This document shows, piece after piece, positions 6,726 to 15,068 of a stretch of DNA of 15,334 bases. The position numbers and the translations under genes were made by a program. The stretch covers positions 1-15,334 of the forward strand of contig JANNWY010000050.1 of assembly GCA_031409335.1 (NCBI GenBank), given 5' to 3'. The notes under the pieces were generated by a model. The model had not been told where the DNA came from. It saw only the letters and a program-made list of their open reading frames with translations, and ran no database searches. The stretch's first letter is position 1. The number at the start of each line of letters is the position of its first letter. The DNA is from Chthoniobacteraceae bacterium (GTDB lineage: Bacteria; Verrucomicrobiota; Verrucomicrobiia; Chthoniobacterales; Chthoniobacteraceae).

Positions 6726-8993
6726 TCAAAACTCTGCGACGACGAGTGAATGGACGGAGAGTGGTGGCACTCCGACTTCGGTCCACTCGCCATTCTGAGT
6801 TGGCGTGAGATCCACGCCTTCGGGCTCGAGATGGATGCGTTTCGGCGTGAGCTGGTGGAAGCGCACTTTGATCCCGCCGACCGGCACCGCTTCCTCGCGC
6901 AGCGGCACATCCACTTCCGGGAGACCGTGGTCGCTCGTGGTGTTGAGGCCGTTGAAAAGGTGGACGACGAGGCGCTCGCCGGCTGCGTCTTTCTGCCGGA
7001 AGACCGTGCTCTGGATGCACATCGGCGCGTCCACCGCGACCGGCTGTGGCGCGCCTGCGGCCCACTTGATGGCCTGCGCGAAGATGATGCGCTGGTAGGG
7101 ATAGCCGTAGCTGAAGTTCGCCGCATCGAAGCCTGCCGCCATGTAAACGACCCGGCCTTTCCCCTGCTCGCCCATGACCACGGCGGGCACGGGCGGCCTG
7201 CCTTCCGGGAACATAAACATGGCGCGTTTCATCGGTGGGCGCGCGTCGCTCATCAGCACCATCGGGCCTTTGAAGCTGGCCTGCACTCCGTTGGCGACGA
7301 GCTTCAGGCGCGGATCGGCGATGAGCTCGCTTGTCTGGAGATCGCCCGCGCCCCAGCGCATTTCGGCGCTGCCCTGGCGGTTCGCCCAATACTTGTCGTC
7401 CACGACGATCGCGAAGTTCACATCGAGTTCCGTGCGCTTTGTCGGGGCCTGCGGACGGCCTTGGAAATCCACGCCGAAGAGATCGGCGAGGGCGAAGTTG
7501 GGACGCGGATGTCCGAGTTCATCGAACAGCGATGTCTCGCACGTGGCGACGAGTCCGCCGCCATTCCGCACGAACTCCCGGATGGTCGCGACCTGTGCAT
7601 TGGAGAGCGCGGCGGCATTCGGGAGGATGAGCACTTTATACGGCGCGAGCCGTTCGGGGCTCAGATCGAGATCGGTGATAAGCGTGATGGGCAGATGTTC
7701 CTCGTAGCCGACACGGAACACGCCAAGCGCGTGCGAGAGGAAGCGCTCCATCACTTGCCCGCCTGCATAAAACTGCCTCGTCTGTTCGCTCACGAGCAGC
7801 GCCGCCCACGGCTCGGATGTCGTGCGCGTGAACCACTTCTTGCGCCGCCCGATCTCACGCAGAGTGTAGTCGCCCGCTTCTTTTCCAGCCGCAGTTGGCA
7901 CGGCGAGCGGCGTGATCGAGCCGTTTGTCATCGCGCTCATGCAACGCACGAACAACTCGTGCTGCGGGAAGCCCGAACTGCTGTAGGGATTGCCATGCGA
8001 CATGATGTAGGGCTCGCTCGCCCCGGTGCGGCCGCCCGTGAGGGCACGCACATAGGCTGCGCCAAAAGCCGGCACCACGCTCGCGCCGAGGTTCACTTCG
8101 TCGAGCCACCATTCCTGCACCGGCGAATCGAAGAGCAGATTCATGCGCGCCGACATCACGCGCGGGCTCGTGAGGAAATGTCCGTAGCGCCCGGCGTTGG
8201 TCGTCCACGTATAGACCGCGGCCTGCGGATTCACCTGCCGCAGCCGCGTGTGGAGCTTGCGATACCAGTTCTCCAGCTTCGTATCGGCCCACAGCAGGTA
8301 GATTTTGTAGTCGTCATTTGAGAGGTCGATCTTCGCTGGGAAGGCGCGCCCCGTTTCCTGCCGATACAACTCCATGTCATGCGGCGTGAAGTTGATCATC
8401 GGGTGGTAATTGCCGTCGAACGAGATGCCATCCACCCGATAGTCCGCAAAGATCTCCGCGAGATTTTCGATGAGGTAGTCTCCATAGGGTGTGTTCAGAC
8501 TCATGCTGCGAAACGCCACGGTCTCGGGCTTCGTCAGATCGAGCGCCGGGTCGATGGGCTTTTCGTCAGGCGTCGCCTTGTTCCGCCATTCGGGGTGCTG
8601 TTTCACGATGTCCACCGGCGCGTAGGGCGAAACGCCGATGACGACACGCATCCCGTGGCTGCGCATCCGCTCAAACGCAGCCAGCATCAGAGTGCTCTCC
8701 TTCGCATCGAAGCCGCTGCCACCATCCCGCTTCAGAGGCGAATACGGCTCCGGCCCCCCAGTGTGGATGACGGTCACGCCGACCGCCGCGAGATCGTCGA
8801 TGTAGGGAAACGTCTTGGGATTCGCGAAGTCGCCGACAAACGCTTTTTGCACACCCGCATAGACCCACGCGGCTGGTTCGACTGGCTGAAAGTCACGATC
8901 CTGCGTAAACCATTTCAGCGAGTCCATGGTGACGGGTTCGGCGGCGAGCACGGAGGCGCAGAATAGTGATAGGAATATGGAGCGGAGGATCAT
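6726..8993 (-). CDS. Exported putative glycoside hydrolase: TIM-barrel (GHL6/GHL10-like) plus GH42-type trimerisation (GATase-like) domain
   Basis: Signal peptide, KQHPEW, YRVDGISFDG, and LAPYKVLILPNAAALSNAQVATIREFVRNGGGLVAT, typical of the beta-galactosidase trimerisation domain. Substrate unknown. Confidence 0.8.
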   Translation of the reverse strand: MILRSIFLSLFCASVLAAEPVTMDSLKWFTQDRDFQPVEPAAWVYAGVQKAFVGDFANPKTFPYIDDLAAVGVTVIHTGGPEPYSPLKRDGGSGFDAKESTLMLAAFERMRSHGMRVVIGVSPYAPVDIVKQHPEWRNKATPDEKPIDPALDLTKPETVAFRSMSLNTPYGDYLIENLAEIFADYRVDGISFDGNYHPMINFTPHDMELYRQETGRAFPAKIDLSNDDYKIYLLWADTKLENWYRKLHTRLRQVNPQAAVYTWTTNAGRYGHFLTSPRVMSARMNLLFDSPVQEWWLDEVNLGASVVPAFGAAYVRALTGGRTGASEPYIMSHGNPYSSSGFPQHELFVRCMSAMTNGSITPLAVPTAAGKEAGDYTLREIGRRKKWFTRTTSEPWAALLVSEQTRQFYAGGQVMERFLSHALGVFRVGYEEHLPITLITDLDLSPERLAPYKVLILPNAAALSNAQVATIREFVRNGGGLVATCETSLFDELGHPRPNFALADLFGVDFQGRPQAPTKRTELDVNFAIVVDDKYWANRQGSAEMRWGAGDLQTSELIADPRLKLVANGVQASFKGPMVLMSDARPPMKRAMFMFPEGRPPVPAVVMGEQGKGRVVYMAAGFDAANFSYGYPYQRIIFAQAIKWAAGAPQPVAVDAPMCIQSTVFRQKDAAGERLVVHLFNGLNTTSDHGLPEVDVPLREEAVPVGGIKVRFHQLTPKRIHLEPEGVDLTPTQNGEWTEVGVPPLSVHSLVVAEF

Positions 8994-9011
8994 GGGTTGG
9001 TGGTTGTGAAG

Positions 9012-10778
9012 TTAGTCGAGTTTCTCCCAGCGCAGATTCTTGAAGACCACGCGCTTGAGAGCGTCGCCGGTTCCGGAGAGGCAGAGGAAATCCACGTCCT
9101 TCCAGCTTGCGAGCGGCGTGCCTTTTTCGTCGTGAAAATCGGCAGGCGGAAGGTGGAGCGTTACCCATCCGTCCTTGGCTTCACCAAACTTCGGCTGGGT
9201 CTTGTAATTGCCCTGCCCCGGTTGGAAAAACTTCGTTGCCACGCTTACATCCAGCGACGCGGGCAACGCCTCCGCCCACACATCCACGAGCAGCGCCGAG
9301 GTGCCTTCGCTTTTGAATTGCGGGTCGCCAAGCGCCGCCGTCGCGAATGAAAAACCTCCCGGCGGCGCGTGCGTGAAGCCGCGCTCACCGTGCGGCCCGG
9401 TCCACGGCTGGAAGAGCGCGGCCTGGTTCAATGGATCGGTCCCTGCGAGCCACCAAAACCACGCGCGATCATTGCCCATCGCGTCGATCAGCGTGGTGCG
9501 TGGCAGCGTGGGTCGCACATCGGGGAAATCCTTCACGGCCGCCTTGATGAGCCTTGTGCTGAGATGAATGCCCGAGCGATAGGCGACATTCGCAAACGCG
9601 TAGATCGTGTCATCCATCCCGAAGATCGGGGCGAAGCCGCCGTAACTAGTGCCTTCGATTTCACTCGCTCCTACCGTCCGATAAAACCTGCTCGTCGGCC
9701 ACGCGTTGTTTAGGCCGTAGTAGCTAGTCACAGTCGCGACTTCATCAGGTCGATCTACCGTTACCACGATGCGCAGCATCACTCCCCCGCCCCGCACACC
9801 GCGCACTTCGATCTTCGGCGACTCCGGCCACGCCGGACCGATCCCTTTAAGATGAAAGTCCATCCACAGCGCAAGATCCTGCGCCTCGGGAGGCTCGATG
9901 TGGTGAATGCTGCGCGGCGTATAGACTTCGCGCAGCATCTTCGACTGGGTCGCCAGCGCGAGCGTGCGCATTCCGAAATCGAGCCGGCCGTGATGGTCGT
10001 TCGACGCATTCATAAAGAGCAGCGGGCACTTCACGCCGGACGCGTAGCCTTCCGGTTCGATCAACGCGCGAGTCAGTCGCGTGTCTTCATCCACTGCTTC
10101 GTCCGGTGACTGCCAGGGGAAGGTATAGCTATTCTGCCCCACGCCATAGATCGGCACCGCCGCCGCCACGCGCGCATCGCACCCGGCGACCATCCACGTC
10201 AGCGTCCCGCCTACCGAAACACCAAAGACGCCGAGCTTCCCGGCGTCGATCTGTGGATGCTCTTCGAGAAGAGTTAGCGCACGCCGCGCGACGAGCGTCC
10301 AGTGATACCAAGAGTTATATCGTGCAGTCGGATGCAGGCTGCTGCGTGGTCCGTTTTGCTCAGCCATGTAGGCCGGAGCCGCGCCCCATTGCGTCACCAT
10401 CTCCGGTGTGCGTCCCGGCCCGGAGCCACAGAAATCATGGCTCACGCAAACGTATCCGCGTCCGGCCCAGTAGCGCACCCATTCGAGCGAAGCCGTCTGC
10501 CCGCCGCCGTGCAGATGCAGCATTCCCGGCAGCCGCGCGCCATCTGCAGGTGCGCCGCGCCAGGCAAAGACGCGCACTTTTTTTCCCTGCCAGGTCTCGC
10601 CGGTGAAAGACAACTGCTCGAACTTGATGGCACCTTCCTCCCACGATTTCGCGACCGCGATTTCCAAAGGCTCCGCGCGCGGATCGTAGCCGCTCCACAA
10701 TTCCTGCGCGCTTTGCGGCGGCATCTCCGCGCGAGCCCCGAGCGCCAGGAGCAAAGCTGCCGGTAAGAGCATTTTCAT
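9012..10778 (-). CDS. Exported alpha/beta-fold hydrolase (esterase/dienelactone-hydrolase-like) with a C-terminal beta-sandwich, possibly carbohydrate-binding
   Basis: LHLHGGGQ oxyanion region, GVSVGG nucleophile elbow and PLLFMNASNDHH. Start placed at ATG 10778 (or 10772), which gives the signal peptide MKMLLPAALLLALGARA. Confidence 0.85.
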   Translation of the reverse strand: MKMLLPAALLLALGARAEMPPQSAQELWSGYDPRAEPLEIAVAKSWEEGAIKFEQLSFTGETWQGKKVRVFAWRGAPADGARLPGMLHLHGGGQTASLEWVRYWAGRGYVCVSHDFCGSGPGRTPEMVTQWGAAPAYMAEQNGPRSSLHPTARYNSWYHWTLVARRALTLLEEHPQIDAGKLGVFGVSVGGTLTWMVAGCDARVAAAVPIYGVGQNSYTFPWQSPDEAVDEDTRLTRALIEPEGYASGVKCPLLFMNASNDHHGRLDFGMRTLALATQSKMLREVYTPRSIHHIEPPEAQDLALWMDFHLKGIGPAWPESPKIEVRGVRGGGVMLRIVVTVDRPDEVATVTSYYGLNNAWPTSRFYRTVGASEIEGTSYGGFAPIFGMDDTIYAFANVAYRSGIHLSTRLIKAAVKDFPDVRPTLPRTTLIDAMGNDRAWFWWLAGTDPLNQAALFQPWTGPHGERGFTHAPPGGFSFATAALGDPQFKSEGTSALLVDVWAEALPASLDVSVATKFFQPGQGNYKTQPKFGEAKDGWVTLHLPPADFHDEKGTPLASWKDVDFLCLSGTGDALKRVVFKNLRWEKLD

Positions 10779-10985
10779 TTCCAGGAGGAGTCCGGTTGGC
10801 TGGTCAGCATGGCGACGTTGCCACGGGACAAGCGAAGTCGCTGGAAAACCGTAGATGCTTTCCGCCACTTTTGGGGAAAGCTGCGGCAGATGACTTGCAG
10901 GTTCAGGAAGTGGCACCCTATTTTCGCCGCTCACAAAACCCTCCCCGCAATGAAATTCGTGTCAGCCTTTGCCGCCACGCTCAGA

Positions 10986-11072
10986 GCGTGTCCGGAAGGT
11001 CGGTTTCCGCCGATCTCGCACAGGATATCGCCCCGGCACGAGAGCATGTTGAACCGACTTTCCGGATCCGCC
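10986..11072. repeat. Inverted-repeat mini-element
   Basis: gcgtgtccggaaggtcggttt (10986-11006) matches the reverse complement of gaaccgactttccggatccgc (11051-11071) at 17/21. Confidence 0.65.
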
Positions 11073-11155
11073 TTCAATCCAGCGCTGCGCTGCCTCGCGC
11101 ACACGCTGGTTCACGGCTATCAAGCGGCTTGCGTTTGGTGTTGGTTTGTTTTCTT

Positions 11156-11332
11156 GAGTTCAACTTTGAAGTGCAACAACTGCAACCGCTGAGGACCACC
11201 GCATTTCAAAGACTAGGGCATTTCCGAGCCGATGCAAAGCCGTTAATGACAAGGGCTTGGGTTTTTCATTGGCTCGAAAATGCCGGGCACATGAGGATTT
11301 GTGACGTGTTGCACTTACTTTGTGAATCCGCC
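11156..11332. mobile_element. Relic of a mobile element or MITE with an internal hairpin
   Basis: aagtgcaaca (11169-11178) and tgttgcactt (11307-11316) are a perfect 10-bp inverted pair. An internal stem 11217-11234/11267-11284 pairs at 16/18. The region is lower in GC, and its right boundary coincides with the breakpoint of the adjacent pseudogene. Confidence 0.45.
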
Positions 11333-11472
11333 ACCCACGCCGCAGGCTCGATCGGTTGAAAGTCGCGATCCTGTGTGAATCATTTCAGCGAGTCGATCGT
11401 CACAAGTTCTGCCGCTAAGGCGGTCGTGTGGAGCAGGACGAGGAGTGCGGCGAGGCGAATGGCTGGTATCAT
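11333..11472 (-). pseudogene. Truncated 5' remnant of a paralog of the 6726-8993 glycoside hydrolase
   Basis: Reads MIPAIRLAALLVLLHTTALAAELVTIDSLK*FTQDRDFQPIEPAAWV against AAEPVTMDSLKWFTQDRDFQPVEPAAWV in the intact gene (24/28 aa; 66/83 nt for 11333-11415 vs 8863-8945). TGG has become TGA at 11380-11382. Confidence 0.9.
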
Positions 11473-11681
11473 GGTGGTCGGGAATCGAAGACGGGCTGAC
11501 GGAGTGAAGATGCGACCGTTCGCGAAGCATTTTCTTGGGTGGGCGTGACTTGGTTGACCACCGGACAAAGTGCTGGGAAATATTCGATGGTTGCTGATGC
11601 ACCGTGTGAAGGTGAGAAAATACCAAGCGTTTTTGTAGCGGTGGAGTTGACGTTGTTGCGCTTATTTGCGCCCGCACTTCC

Positions 11682-14600
11682 ATGATCCAAAACCGTTCCG
11701 CCATTGCCATCGCCGTTTTCGCCATCGGTTCACCTTTCCTGTTTGCCGAGGCGGTAGCGGTGCGGACCGAGGCGGATATTCTACAGTCCGTGAAACTCCC
11801 GACGGGTTATGAAGCGACCGTTTTTGCGATGCCGCCGGAGGGCGGTTATCCGGTGTCGGTGAGCGCTTCGCCGGATGGCGTGCTCTTTGTGGCGGTGGAT
11901 GAAAATGGGTCGATCGATCAGAAACCGGGGCGCGGGCGGGTGGTGCGGTGCGTGGATGCGGATGGTGATGGGAAGGCGGATCAGTTCCGCGTTTTCGCGG
12001 AGATGGATAGTCCGCGCGGGGTGATCTGGGATGGGCCGAGTGGACGCGGGCCGGGAGCGTTGTATGTGATGCATCCGCCCAATCTCACGGCGTACTACGA
12101 CTACGATGGTGACGGGAAATCCGACTGTCAGGAAGACTTGGTGACGGGGCTGGGATTCGATCTGAAATTCCGCGGCGCGGATCACACAACGAATGGCTGT
12201 CGGCTGGCGATCGATGGCTTCATCTACATCGCGGTTGGTGACTATGGGTTTGTGGATGCGCGCGGGATGGATGGGAAGACCATCAATTGTCGTGGCGGCG
12301 GGATCGTGCGCGTGCGGCCGGATGGAACCGGGCTGGAGATTGTTTCGCAAGGTCAGCGCAATATTTATGACGTGGCAGTTTCGCCGACGCTCGATCTTTT
12401 CACCCGCGACAATACCAATGACGGCGGCGGCTGGGATGTGCGGCTTTCCCACGTGCCACCGGGCGCGCACATGGGTTATCCCACGCTCTTCAAAAACTTC
12501 CCGGAAGATCACGTGAAACCGCTGGCCGAACTCGGCGGCGGCTCGCCGTGCGGCGCGTTGTGGATCGATGAACCGGGATTGCAGAGCGGTCTTTTCACGG
12601 TCGAGTGGGGACGCAACGCGATCATGTTTCACCCACTCACGGCGGACGGTGCGAGTTGGAAAGCGGAGCAGCAGGAATGGCTGAAGATGACTCGCCCGAC
12701 CGACATGGATGTGGATGCGGCGGGGCGGATTTATATTTCGTCGTGGGAAGGAGCGACCTTTACCTACAATGGGCCGAATGCGGGCTATATCCTGCGGGTG
12801 ACGAAGAAGGGTGGCGCGTCGGTGATCGTGCCGGATTTGGCGGGAGCGAATGCGGGGCAGCTCGTGGCGGCGATCAATTCCCCGAGTGGCACGTTGCGAC
12901 TCGCAGCGCAGCGGCAGCTCCTGCGGCGCGTGCGTCAGGGCGAGCGGCCTACGGTGAAGGGTGTGGCAGTGGCCGGGCCCGGCCGCGATGGAGTGGCGGA
13001 GCGGACGGCTTATCTCGCGACGATGGCGCAGGGGGCGGGGATCGCGAATCTGAGTCTGGATGTGGCGATCGACTGGGCGGCATCGAGCGGGCTCGGCGAA
13101 TCGCTGCTGCGACTGGTCGATGCCACGCCGAGTTTCCAAACGCCGGATTTGGAAGACCTCGTGAATGAATCCCTCGCGGATGCGAATCCGCGAATCCGCG
13201 CGGCAGCGATCACGGCAGCGCGGCGTGCGGGGAAGGCATCGCTCGCCCCGCGCGTGCTGACGCTTGTCGCGGATGCCGATCCGATCGTGGCGCATCTGGC
13301 GGTGCGGACTTTGAGCGAGTGGAAGGCCGCGCTGGTGGGTCTCGCCGCGCTGGATTCCTCGGATGAAAGCGTGAAGCCGGGAGCGTTGCGCGCGCTCTAC
13401 GGCATTTACGAAATGCCGGTGGTGGACGGGCTCATCGCGCGTCTCGCTGGTGCGAACGGGCAGGAGTTGCGACGGGGCATTCTCAATGCGCTTTGTCGTC
13501 TCGCGAACAAGGAGGCCAGTTACGTCGATCCAAAAGTGTGGTGGGGCACGCGCCCGGATACGAGCGGTCCCGTTTACAAGCCGGAGCGGTGGGAGGCGTC
13601 CGACAAAATCGAGGCCGCGCTGAAGGCGGCGCTCGATGGGTCGGGCGACGAAGATGCAACCTGGCTCGTGCGCCGGATGCATCTCACGAAAGTGAATTTC
13701 CCTGGCTTGGTGGAGCAGATGCTTTCCCGGGCCGGCAGTGATAGTGCGGCGAAGCTGACTGCGGTGGAGGGATTGTTCACGCACGCCGACGAGCTTCCGG
13801 CGGGGGCGCTCGCGGCGCTTCAATCCATCGCGGCGAATGAAGCCGAGCCACCGGAAACGCGGGCGCGTTCGCTGCGCTTACTGCAGCGCGCTTCCAGCAG
13901 TGGAGCGGCTTTCCCGGCGGTCGTCGCCGCCTTCGCACCACTGGCCGGCCACGATCTTTCACACGCTGCGCTCACTGCCGCGTTCGAGGATTTCACACGC
14001 GATGCACGGCATGTGAAATGGATCGGCGATTTCGCGAAGCTGGCGCAGGAAAACGATGTGGCAAAGCGGACGCTCGCGCAGACTGTGCTCGTCAATCTTG
14101 CCACCAGCACACTCGTCAAAGACAAACCCAAGGAACGCGCCGAGCGCGCGGTGGAGAAAGGCTGGGACACTCCCGAATCCGCCGCGAGCCAGCTCGCCGT
14201 GATCGCGCGGACTGGCGCCAAGGCATACGCGGAGCAGGTGAAATCGCGACTCAACGATCCGAACAACGCGGTGGCCGAGGCGGCGCTTTTCGCGTTTCAG
14301 AAACTCGGGCTCGGCGACACCGGAGCCGGAGAGATGATCGCAAACGTGCACTATGAAAAAATCGTGGCCGCAGCAGGCAAAGGTGGCGACGTGGAGAAGG
14401 GAAAGGAAGTATTCCTGCGCGCCGCGTGCGGAGCCTGCCACACCGTCTCGGCAAACGAACCGCCGAAGGGACCCATCCTTTCCGCGGTCGCGAAAATCTA
14501 TGGTCGCGCGGAGATGATCGAAGCCATCCTGAAACCGAATGCAAAGATCGCGCAGGGCTTTGAGTCGCAGTGGTTCGATACGAAAAAGGGGGAACGCATC

Positions 14601-14801
14601 GAGGGATTCGTGACGCGGGAAGGCGGCGATTCGCTGGACGTGCGGAACGTGGCCGGGCAGACCGTGACGATCGAAAAAGGCGACCTCAAGGAGCGCGGAA
14701 AGCGCGACGTTTCGATGATGCCAGAGGGTCTGCTGAATGGCTTTACCCCCGCCGATCTCAGCGCGCTGCTGGCTTACATCGAATCGCTGAAGAATACGTG
14801 A
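11682..14801 (+). CDS. PVC-type putative membrane-associated dehydrogenase: beta-propeller, HEAT repeats and a C-terminal c-type heme domain
   Basis: Signal peptide, DADGDGKAD and DYDGDGKSD loops, GQRNIYD, RDNTNDGGGW, HEAT repeats (LADANPRIRAAA, VADADPIVAHLA), CGACH heme motif and SMMPEGL distal Met. Confidence 0.9.
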   Translation: MIQNRSAIAIAVFAIGSPFLFAEAVAVRTEADILQSVKLPTGYEATVFAMPPEGGYPVSVSASPDGVLFVAVDENGSIDQKPGRGRVVRCVDADGDGKADQFRVFAEMDSPRGVIWDGPSGRGPGALYVMHPPNLTAYYDYDGDGKSDCQEDLVTGLGFDLKFRGADHTTNGCRLAIDGFIYIAVGDYGFVDARGMDGKTINCRGGGIVRVRPDGTGLEIVSQGQRNIYDVAVSPTLDLFTRDNTNDGGGWDVRLSHVPPGAHMGYPTLFKNFPEDHVKPLAELGGGSPCGALWIDEPGLQSGLFTVEWGRNAIMFHPLTADGASWKAEQQEWLKMTRPTDMDVDAAGRIYISSWEGATFTYNGPNAGYILRVTKKGGASVIVPDLAGANAGQLVAAINSPSGTLRLAAQRQLLRRVRQGERPTVKGVAVAGPGRDGVAERTAYLATMAQGAGIANLSLDVAIDWAASSGLGESLLRLVDATPSFQTPDLEDLVNESLADANPRIRAAAITAARRAGKASLAPRVLTLVADADPIVAHLAVRTLSEWKAALVGLAALDSSDESVKPGALRALYGIYEMPVVDGLIARLAGANGQELRRGILNALCRLANKEASYVDPKVWWGTRPDTSGPVYKPERWEASDKIEAALKAALDGSGDEDATWLVRRMHLTKVNFPGLVEQMLSRAGSDSAAKLTAVEGLFTHADELPAGALAALQSIAANEAEPPETRARSLRLLQRASSSGAAFPAVVAAFAPLAGHDLSHAALTAAFEDFTRDARHVKWIGDFAKLAQENDVAKRTLAQTVLVNLATSTLVKDKPKERAERAVEKGWDTPESAASQLAVIARTGAKAYAEQVKSRLNDPNNAVAEAALFAFQKLGLGDTGAGEMIANVHYEKIVAAAGKGGDVEKGKEVFLRAACGACHTVSANEPPKGPILSAVAKIYGRAEMIEAILKPNAKIAQGFESQWFDTKKGERIEGFVTREGGDSLDVRNVAGQTVTIEKGDLKERGKRDVSMMPEGLLNGFTPADLSALLAYIESLKNT

Positions 14802-14824
14802 CGGCACGCGTGGCTGCTTTCCCC

Positions 14825-15068
14825 AGGGCTTGTTTGCAAGCTCGATCCTCCGAAAGCCTGAAAGGCTGGAACAACACAGCCCAGGGCACAGCCCTGGGTT
14901 CTCGGAAATAGCGAAGGGAAGCCCTGAAAGGGCGCGACAGCCGATGAACGCTGGGTGTCCCGCCCTTTCAGGGCTCTTGGCATGGTGGCAACAAACCCAG
15001 GGCGTTGCCCTGGGCTGTGTTGTTTCAGCCTTTCAGGCTTGCAGAGGGGCAGTTTACAAACACGCCCT
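14825..15068. mobile_element. MITE-like cassette: IS-type terminal inverted repeats enclosing a long REP-like nested palindrome
   Basis: Outer pair 14825-14842/15051-15068 matches at 15/18, long arms 14854-14900/14994-15040 at 44/47, and inner arms 14920-14939/14956-14975 at 19/20. It lies between convergent genes. Confidence 0.75.

Noticed and set aside
10779..10934. 52-aa N-terminal extension of the alpha/beta hydrolase
   Set aside because: The signal peptide begins at 10778 or 10772, and the extension looks like non-coding sequence.
11380..11382. TGA at a conserved Trp position as evidence of recoding or readthrough
   Set aside because: TGA terminates intact genes here (2141, 6707, 14801), Trp is TGG elsewhere, and homology ends 16 codons later regardless.
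8863..11415. The 8863-8945 / 11333-11415 repeat pair as a diversity-generating retroelement template and variable region
   Set aside because: The mismatches are mostly silent and not adenine-specific, the repeat is at the N-terminus, and there is no reverse transcriptase in the window.
10796..11725. ORFs 10796-11359, 10809-11192, 11315-11725 and 11469-11690
   Set aside because: They have no recognisable motifs and run across hairpin repeats and the pseudogene, which explain the region better.
984..14807. Long antisense or alternative-frame ORFs, e.g. 984-1748, 3428-4939, 5268-6713, 6750-8321, 11781-13823 and 13959-14807
   Set aside because: They overlap well-supported genes, are Arg-rich and lack motifs, as expected for shadow ORFs in GC-rich DNA.
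14825..15068. Repeats as a CRISPR array or tRNA
   Set aside because: The repeats are inverted and nested, not regularly spaced direct repeats with unique spacers. There are no cas genes and no cloverleaf.
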